Assembly (NCBI GenBank): GCA_031414955.1
Contig: JANOQV010000059.1
Coordinates: forward strand, 1 to 23,481
Length of the DNA stretch: 23,481 bases
DNA from: Pedosphaera sp.
Lineage (GTDB): Bacteria; Verrucomicrobiota; Verrucomicrobiia; Limisphaerales; SIBH01
Direction of reading: 5' to 3'
The stretch's first letter is position 1, and each line of letters opens with the position of its first letter. The notes under the pieces were generated by a model. The model saw nothing but the letters and a program-made list of their open reading frames with translations, did no database searches and had not been told where the DNA came from. The position numbers were made by a program, and so were the translations under genes. Below are positions 17,240 through 23,481 of this stretch, piece by piece.

Positions 17240-17250
17240 CGTCAGGTCAC

Positions 17251-18000
17251 ATGGAGAGAAATAGACATAACTTTTTGCCCCTCTGGAAACGCGGATTGGA
17301 CTATACGTGCATTTTCCTGGCCCTGCCGGCCGTGCTGCCGCTGATGGCGTTCATCGCGCTCGCCATCCGTTTATGTTCCAAGGGGTCGGTGCTTTTCCGT
17401 CAGGAACGCATCGGTTTTTTGGGCCAGCCATTCATTTGTTTCAAGTTTCGGACGATGAAGGTAGAGGCTGAAACGCAAAGCCATCAGGCGCACTTGGATA
17501 AACTGATCAATTCGACTGCGCCGATGACGAAATTAGACGGGGCGGATCCCCGCATTATACGCATCGGGCTTTTGCTTCGGGCTTCGGGCATGGATGAGCT
17601 TCCACAACTGTTAAATGTGTTGAAGGGCGAGATGAGCCTGGTCGGCCCTCGCCCTTGCATTCGCTACGAGTACGAACGGTTTCGACCGCGCGACCGCGAG
17701 CGCTTCAACGCTGTGCCCGGACTGACCGGTCTCTGGCAGGTCAATGGGAAGAATTCGACCACCTTCCAGCAGATGATTGACCTAGACATCGAATACACGC
17801 GGACCGTTTCGTTTTGGGGTGATGTCCGGATTCTGCTCCGCACCTTTCCCATGATATTTGGGCAGGCGCTCAAGGTGGCGAAGCGCAAAGGATCGGGCAA
17901 CCAGCGTAAGGGCGGGCCTGACCAGACGGGGAAGGATGTTTTGTCGTTCCATTCTGAGGTGCGCGGACAGAAGCGAGAAACCGTTAGTTCATCGATATGA
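17251..18000 (+). CDS. Polyprenyl-phosphate phosphoglycosyl transferase (bacterial sugar transferase, small PglC/WcaJ-catalytic-domain type)
   Basis: KRGLD plus one hydrophobic segment with prolines, [48 protein letters not shown]. Confidence 0.95.
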   Translation: MERNRHNFLPLWKRGLDYTCIFLALPAVLPLMAFIALAIRLCSKGSVLFRQERIGFLGQPFICFKFRTMKVEAETQSHQAHLDKLINSTAPMTKLDGADPRIIRIGLLLRASGMDELPQLLNVLKGEMSLVGPRPCIRYEYERFRPRDRERFNAVPGLTGLWQVNGKNSTTFQQMIDLDIEYTRTVSFWGDVRILLRTFPMIFGQALKVAKRKGSGNQRKGGPDQTGKDVLSFHSEVRGQKRETVSSSI

Positions 18001-19109
18001 AATCCCAGATAAACATTGGAGTGGTGGGTTGTGGTTATTGGGGACCGAACCTGCTGCGTAATTTCCGCAGTCTGCCGGACTGCAACACCAAAGTGATTTG
18101 CGACTTGGACGTCAAGCGCCTGAATCACATGAAGTCCTTGCATCCGGACATCGAGCTTTGCACGAACTTCGAGGAACTCGTCGCCCGGAAGGACATCGAC
18201 GCCCTGGTCGTGGCCACGGCGGCGCATACCCATTACGCCATGGCCAAACAAAGCTTGCTGGCGGGCAAGCATACCTTCATTGAGAAACCGATGGCCACCT
18301 CCTCCGCCGAGTGCGAGGAACTCGTGCAAATCGCTGCCGAGAAGCGCCTGACCCTGATGGTGGGCCACACGTTCCTCTACTCCGCGCCCGTGCGGAAAAT
18401 CCGCGACATCGTCAAGGCTGGCGACATTGGCGACATCCGTTATATCAGCGCCCGTCGGTTGAATCTGGGCCTGTTCCAGAAAACCATCAATGTGGCCTGG
18501 GATTTGTCGCCGCACGACATTTCCATCATTCTCTATATCATGGACTGTTCGCCCGAACGTGTGAACTGCTATGGCAATTCGCATGTCACCAAGGGCATCG
18601 AAGACGTCACGAACATGTCCCTCACCTTCAAGAACGGCATGTTCGCCACGATTCAAAGCAGTTGGCTGGATCCGAGGAAAGTGCGCGACATGACGATCGT
18701 CGGCTCACGCCGCATGATCGTTTATGATGACATGCAGCCGCTGGAGAAAATCCGCATTTACGATACTCGTGTGGAAACGCCCCCTCATTACGACACGTTC
18801 GCCGAGTTTCAGTACTCTTATCATTATGGCGATAGTTACATTCCTTATGTCAAACAGGAGGAGCCATTGAAGGTGGAGTGTCAGCATTTCCTCGACTGCA
18901 TCCGCTCCGGTCAGACGCCCTTGACCAACGGCCGCCACGGCACCGAGGTGGTAAAGATTCTCGAAGCTTCGTCCAAATCCCTCCGTGAGAACGGCGCCGC
19001 CATCCTGCTTCAGGATATCAACAGTCAATCGGGCCAGAACGGCCATGCTAGTTCCAATCGCAAACCCAAACGCCGCGCCAAACCCGCCGGGAGGATGATC
19101 GCCGCGTGA
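17997..19109 (+). CDS. Gfo/Idh/MocA oxidoreductase (WlbA/WbpB/GnnA-like NDP-sugar 3-dehydrogenase)
   Basis: VGCGYWG, GKHTFIEKPM, MVGH, WDLSPHD; ATGA overlap with the upstream gene; gene context. Confidence 0.9.
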   Translation: MKSQINIGVVGCGYWGPNLLRNFRSLPDCNTKVICDLDVKRLNHMKSLHPDIELCTNFEELVARKDIDALVVATAAHTHYAMAKQSLLAGKHTFIEKPMATSSAECEELVQIAAEKRLTLMVGHTFLYSAPVRKIRDIVKAGDIGDIRYISARRLNLGLFQKTINVAWDLSPHDISIILYIMDCSPERVNCYGNSHVTKGIEDVTNMSLTFKNGMFATIQSSWLDPRKVRDMTIVGSRRMIVYDDMQPLEKIRIYDTRVETPPHYDTFAEFQYSYHYGDSYIPYVKQEEPLKVECQHFLDCIRSGQTPLTNGRHGTEVVKILEASSKSLRENGAAILLQDINSQSGQNGHASSNRKPKRRAKPAGRMIAA

Positions 19110-19603
19110 GCCATCAGGACAAGCCCCTCTGCTTAATCAAGGACGACGTCAAACTGGGCAAGAACGTCCGCGTGTTCGGGTTCGTTAACCTCTATGGCTG
19201 CACCATCGGCGACGATACTCGTATTGGAACCTTCGTCGAGATTCAGAAAGGCTCCAACATTGGCAAGTCCTGCAAAATTTCCAGCCACACCTTCATCTGC
19301 GAAGGCGTCACCCTCGAAGACGAAGTGTTCCTCGGCCACGGCGTGATGTTCACCAACGATCGTTTCCCGCGCGCCACCGTGGCTGGCGGAGCGCCTCAGT
19401 CCGAGTCGGACTGGGCTGTGGTGCCCACGGTGGTCAAGCGCGGCGCGTCGATTGGCTCCAACGCCACTTTGCTTTGCGGCATCACCATCGGTGAAGACGC
19501 CATCGTCGGGGCCGGCAGTGTCGTGACCAAGGATGTTCCGCCGCGCACCGTGGTGGCGGGCAACCCCGCCCGCATTCTCAAGAAAGTTCCGGACAGGAAA
19601 TAA
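19106..19603 (+). CDS. Hexapeptide-repeat N-acetyltransferase (WlbB/WbpD-like)
   Basis: Left-handed beta-helix repeats (CTIGDD TRIGTF..SNIGKS CKISSH), FTND, ASIGSNAT, VGAGSVVTKDVP..VVAGNPAR; GTG start in a GTGA overlap. Confidence 0.92.
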   Translation: MSHQDKPLCLIKDDVKLGKNVRVFGFVNLYGCTIGDDTRIGTFVEIQKGSNIGKSCKISSHTFICEGVTLEDEVFLGHGVMFTNDRFPRATVAGGAPQSESDWAVVPTVVKRGASIGSNATLLCGITIGEDAIVGAGSVVTKDVPPRTVVAGNPARILKKVPDRK

Positions 19604-19605
19604 AC

Positions 19606-20724
19606 ATGCAAATCCCATTCCTTAACCTCCGTGCCCAGCACGACCCGTTGCGTCGAGAACTGCTCGCCGCCATCGAACAAGTCATCGACGCCAACGCCTT
19701 CGCCGGCGGCTCCTTTGTGGAGAAATTCGAGGTCGATTTTGCCGCCTTCTGTGGCGCGGCCCACTCCATCGGCCTCGGCAACGGTACGGACGCACTCTGG
19801 TTGAGCTTGCTCGCCTTGGGCGTTGGAGCAGGTGATGAAGTAATCACCGTGCCGAGCACCTTCATGGCCACGGCGGAGGCGATCACCTACACGGGCGCGA
19901 CGCCGGTGTTCGTGGACATTGAGGAGCAGACCTACACGATGGATCCGGCCGCGTTGGAGAAGGCCATTACGCCGCGCACCAAAGCCATCATCCCGGTTCA
20001 TCTCTTCGGCCAGGTGGCGGACATGGATCCGATCATGGAGATCGCGCGCCGTCGTGGAATTCCTGTGGTCGAGGACGCCTGTCAGGCGCATGGCGCGGAA
20101 TACAAGGGCCGGATGGCGGGCACCATCGGGGCCACGGGCTGCTTCAGCTTTTATCCGGGCAAGAATCTCGGTGCCTTGGGCGAAGCCGGCGGCGTCGTGA
20201 CCAATGACCAGCAGTTGAACCAGACGATTCGCACGTTGCGCGACCATGGCCAGAGCCAGAAGTATCACCACACCATGGTGGGCTGGAACGCGCGCATGGA
20301 CGGCATTCAGGGCGCGGCCTTGCAAATCAAACTGCGCAAGCTCGCCGAAGGCAACGAAGCCCGCCGCCGCAATGCGACGCTCTACAACGAACTGCTCGCC
20401 GGTGTCGAAGGCCTGGTCCTGCCGGTCGAGGCCCAGGGCCGCAAACATGTTTACCATGTCTATGCCGTGCGCGTTCAACCGCGCGACGAGTTGTTGCGCG
20501 CCATGGGGGCCAAGGGCATCAGTTGCGGCATCCACTATCCGATCCCGGTTCACTTGCAGGAGGCTTACCGCTCCCTCGGTTTGGGACGCGGTTCGTTCCC
20601 CGTGGCCGAGCGATGTGCTTTGGAATTTCTTTCGCTGCCCATGTTCCCGGAATTGACCGCCGAACAGATCGAACATGTCGCGGCTGAAGTGCAGGGCTTT
20701 TTGCGGATGCAAAAGGCGGCGTGA
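19606..20724 (+). CDS. DegT/DnrJ/EryC1/StrS PLP-dependent sugar aminotransferase (WlbC/WbpE-like)
   Basis: NGTDAL, GDEVI, PVHLFGQ, EDACQAHG, SFYPGKNLG (PLP lysine), GWNARMD, IHYPIP, LSLPMFP. Confidence 0.95.
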   Translation: MQIPFLNLRAQHDPLRRELLAAIEQVIDANAFAGGSFVEKFEVDFAAFCGAAHSIGLGNGTDALWLSLLALGVGAGDEVITVPSTFMATAEAITYTGATPVFVDIEEQTYTMDPAALEKAITPRTKAIIPVHLFGQVADMDPIMEIARRRGIPVVEDACQAHGAEYKGRMAGTIGATGCFSFYPGKNLGALGEAGGVVTNDQQLNQTIRTLRDHGQSQKYHHTMVGWNARMDGIQGAALQIKLRKLAEGNEARRRNATLYNELLAGVEGLVLPVEAQGRKHVYHVYAVRVQPRDELLRAMGAKGISCGIHYPIPVHLQEAYRSLGLGRGSFPVAERCALEFLSLPMFPELTAEQIEHVAAEVQGFLRMQKAA

Positions 20725-20918
20725 CCGGGACACGGGTGATGGCGCCAGCGTTCGGGGGCGCGGCTCAAGGTCACGGAGCCTCTCAGACGATCGTTTGGGC
20801 CGAACCTATATTGGCGTGAGCGGGGCGGGAGGATGATTCTCTTGAAGATGGCAGTTGAATCTGCTGGATTGAGCTTAAGGCCGGGGAGCATGGAGCCTCG
20901 GCGGCGAGTGAAAAGACC

Positions 20919-23090
20919 GTGAGCGACCAGGAAACAACAGCGGAGCAGCAGCCGTCGGCCGGATTCAGCATCGGCCTCGTCTGGTATGTGCTGTTCCGGC
21001 GGAAGCGGCTTGTGATCGCCTCGCTGCTTCTGGGCTTCTCGGCTGCCTTGGGCGTCTGGTTCTTCAAACAGCCGGTTTACCGTTCGGGCTTCACTTTGAT
21101 GATGCCCTACGTGTTGGAGTTGAAATCGCACTCGCCCGGCAACCCGGACGTGATTCGGACCAGTTCTGGAGGAGACAGTCTGATTAATGCCGAGGTGCAT
21201 GTCCTGCGCAGCTTTGACTTGTCCGAAAAAGTGGCGCGCAGCATCGGCCCCGAGAAACTCGCTCCGGGAACCCCCAGTGCCGCACGCGTCCACCTGGCGG
21301 CTGAGGCCATCGTCAAGAACCTCCACGTCGAGGTGCCGCCCAAGAGCATCATCATTGAGGTCTCCTTCGAGCATCCTGACGCCACCTTGGTCCAACCGGT
21401 GCTGGAGAATCTAATTGAGCGGTATTTCGAGCGACATCACGATCTGCACACCGGTTCGGAGACCAACCTGGAACTGCGGCTGGAGGAGGCCAAGACCCGG
21501 CTCCTGGAGAGCGATTTGGTGCTGCGCGAGTTGAAAGGGCAGGTGCTCATCCTCTCCTCCGTGGAGGAAACCAAAAAAGGCTATGCCGCGCAGATCAACA
21601 ATCTCCAGACCGACCTCATGAATGCGCTGGCCAAACTGGCCAAGCAGAAGGCCATGTTCAAGGATGATAGAGCCCTCAAGCCGGCCAATGGTTCGCCCGT
21701 AAACATTGAAAGTTCCTTGCCGGAAGAGGTGGTGGGCGAGTTCAAACGGACGACCTACCTGTTGGAAAAACTGCGCGGCGATGAATTTGAGGCGCGGAGC
21801 AAATACAAGGATGAGCATCCCGAGGTCAAAAAAATTGAGGCTTTCATCCAGACGACCAAGCTGCGAAAGGAAAAACTCCTTCAGGATTATCCCACCCTCG
21901 CCACCGTGAATGTGCCGGTGGTTTCCCTGAACCCCTCACAGCCGGTGGTTTTTAGTGAAGGCGACACCAGAGCTGCTTTGGAGGCTCAGATCGGTGTTCT
22001 CCAGGACTTCATTGCCACGATTCAAACCAACGCCGTTAAACTCGAAGCGCTGGAGCCTTCCATCGCCGAGGCCCAGCGCCGGCGGGATGCTGCTGAGTCC
22101 AGCCACCGGGCCATCACGGCCGCAGTGGAAAACAAGCACTTTAGCCGCGCGGGCGGTGCCTCGCGCAACGCCAACATCAGCGTTGTCCAGGCTCCGACGC
22201 CGGCGGCCAAGGTCGCCAGCAAGCGGCTCAAGACCATGGGCATGTTGTTCGCCGGCTGTGTCGGCGCGGGACTTGCCCTGGCCTTCTTCCTCGAAATATT
22301 CGTGGACCGCACCGTGAAGCGTCCTTCCGAGATCGAGCCGAACTACAAGCTCCCCTTGCTCATGGCCGTTCCCGCGATGCACGACTCTCCCAGCGCGGCG
22401 CCGAAGGGCGCTCCGGACGCTCCGCCTGGCAGCCAGGCGTTGGTGCCGGCCAACGACTCCTTTGTCCCGGCTTATTCTCCTTTGCATTTCATCCACCCCT
22501 ACACCGAGGCCTTGAGCAATCGCGTGGCGATGTATTTCGAGTTCGTGAAGCGCAAGCCCAAGCTGGTCGGCGTCACGTCTTGCTCCGAGGGCGCGGGCGT
22601 GAGTTCCATTGCGGAGGGATTGGCGGCGTCGCTCTCCGCCGCCGGCGATGGACGAGTGCTGATTGTCGATATGCACCGGCAGCAGGGCGCTTCGCGGACG
22701 TTTTTCCAAGGCGAACTGGTCAAGGAGCCAACCCAATTGCCCAACGGCGAGGGAGCGGGCCAGCACGGGGCCATCGAGTTGATTGCCGCCTCGGTGGGGG
22801 AAGGCAGCAACCGCACGCTGCCCACCGGTCTCAAACACCTGCTGCCCAAGCTCAAGGCCAGCGATTACGACTACATCATTTTCGACATGCCCAAAGTCTC
22901 CATGGCCAGCATGTCGTTGCGGCTCTCGGCCCTCCTCGATCTCACCGTCCTGGTGGTGGAATCGGAGAAGGTGCAGAGCGACGTCCTGAAAAAGAACTGC
23001 GCCATGCTCACGGAGTCGGGGGCCAAAGTCGGCGTGGTGATGAACAAGGTTCACAAGTACGTCCCCGAGTGGCTGCACGTTGAAGCGTAA
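20919..23090 (+). CDS. Wzc/GumC-like polysaccharide co-polymerase with a degenerate BY-kinase domain
   Basis: Two TM segments (LVIASLLLGFSAALGVWFF; MLFAGCVGAGLALAFFLEIFV) flank a coiled-coil periplasmic region. The C-terminal domain is P-loop-like (VGVTSCSEGAGVSS, VLIVD, YDYIIFDMP, GVVMNK). GTG start. Confidence 0.88.
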   Translation: MSDQETTAEQQPSAGFSIGLVWYVLFRRKRLVIASLLLGFSAALGVWFFKQPVYRSGFTLMMPYVLELKSHSPGNPDVIRTSSGGDSLINAEVHVLRSFDLSEKVARSIGPEKLAPGTPSAARVHLAAEAIVKNLHVEVPPKSIIIEVSFEHPDATLVQPVLENLIERYFERHHDLHTGSETNLELRLEEAKTRLLESDLVLRELKGQVLILSSVEETKKGYAAQINNLQTDLMNALAKLAKQKAMFKDDRALKPANGSPVNIESSLPEEVVGEFKRTTYLLEKLRGDEFEARSKYKDEHPEVKKIEAFIQTTKLRKEKLLQDYPTLATVNVPVVSLNPSQPVVFSEGDTRAALEAQIGVLQDFIATIQTNAVKLEALEPSIAEAQRRRDAAESSHRAITAAVENKHFSRAGGASRNANISVVQAPTPAAKVASKRLKTMGMLFAGCVGAGLALAFFLEIFVDRTVKRPSEIEPNYKLPLLMAVPAMHDSPSAAPKGAPDAPPGSQALVPANDSFVPAYSPLHFIHPYTEALSNRVAMYFEFVKRKPKLVGVTSCSEGAGVSSIAEGLAASLSAAGDGRVLIVDMHRQQGASRTFFQGELVKEPTQLPNGEGAGQHGAIELIAASVGEGSNRTLPTGLKHLLPKLKASDYDYIIFDMPKVSMASMSLRLSALLDLTVLVVESEKVQSDVLKKNCAMLTESGAKVGVVMNKVHKYVPEWLHVEA

Positions 23091-23351
23091 CCGCGGTGCG
23101 CGTGGCGGTCCGGATTCAGGTCGGAAAAATGTCCAGGGAGTTTTGTCAGAGCGGAGGAAGGCGTGTTTGCCGATCCTCGGTTTGGCCTGAGGGCCGGGCC
23201 GGCCGCTCTTCTCCCCAAAGAATTTACGGTGTCCGTGATGGGCGCTGGGCACGGCCAACCAGGCCGGCGTATGCAGAAAATGAAGATGGTTCCGCCAATC
23301 GATTCCAGTGACTGCGAATCGACGGGGACGGAGTCCGCCCGCGTATCGGGA

Positions 23352-23420
23352 CGGAGCGCCGAGCAATGCTCGGCAGCGGGCCTGGAAACCGCTTCAGGCC
23401 GAGCAATGCTCGGCGCTCCG
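23352..23420. repeat. REP/REPIN-like inverted palindrome doublet
   Basis: The palindrome GCCGAGCA-A-TGCTCGGC occurs twice (23358-23374, 23398-23414), and the outer arms CGGAGCGCCGAGCA / TGCTCGGCGCTCCG form a perfect 14-bp inverted repeat. Confidence 0.75.
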
Positions 23421-23481
23421 GCGTTTGGGCCTGGTTGCCTCCATCGGGATTCGAACGCGGCAAGATTTTGAGTTCAACCGG

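Noticed and set aside
20810..20870. Possible sigma54 sites upstream of the wzc-like gene
   Set aside because: One has GGGC at -12 and the other (TGGCAGTTGAATCTGC) is one base off the required spacing.
17664..23366. Minus-strand ORFs 17664-18656, 19396-20733, 20565-21395 and 21936-23366
   Set aside because: Antisense shadows of the polysaccharide genes.
23096..23471. Short ORFs after the wzc-like gene
   Set aside because: No recognisable motifs, and two of them run through the REP-like palindromes; probably non-coding.

Overview
GC-rich bacterial window; gene content and intergenic repeat style suggest Verrucomicrobiota or a related PVC lineage (inference only). There are three blocks. (1) 1-5329, minus strand: a probable operon SDR dehydrogenase > secreted sulfatase > secreted alpha/beta-hydrolase > cytochrome P450 > secreted LamG/ConA-like protein (cut off at the window edge and missing from the ORF track). 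The P450 resembles CYP236A-type 6-O-methyl-galactose demethylases, so the block may strip methyl, sulfate and acyl groups from sugars. (2) 5888-16777, minus strand: a 3629-aa surface protein with a Sec signal, an FN3 domain, 34 tandem ~96-aa cadherin/Ig-like repeats in a 3/6-unit higher-order pattern, and a ~245-aa C-terminus matching no secretion or anchoring signal I recognise. (3) 17251-23090, plus strand, divergent from block 2: a polysaccharide cluster with a phosphoglycosyl transferase, a WlbA/B/C-like dehydrogenase-acetyltransferase-aminotransferase trio, and a Wzc-like protein whose kinase motifs look dead. The intergenic regions hold candidate sigma54 and sigma70 promoters, a heptamer repeat tract and a REP-like palindrome doublet. 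All family assignments come from motif reading and recall; no database searches were run.
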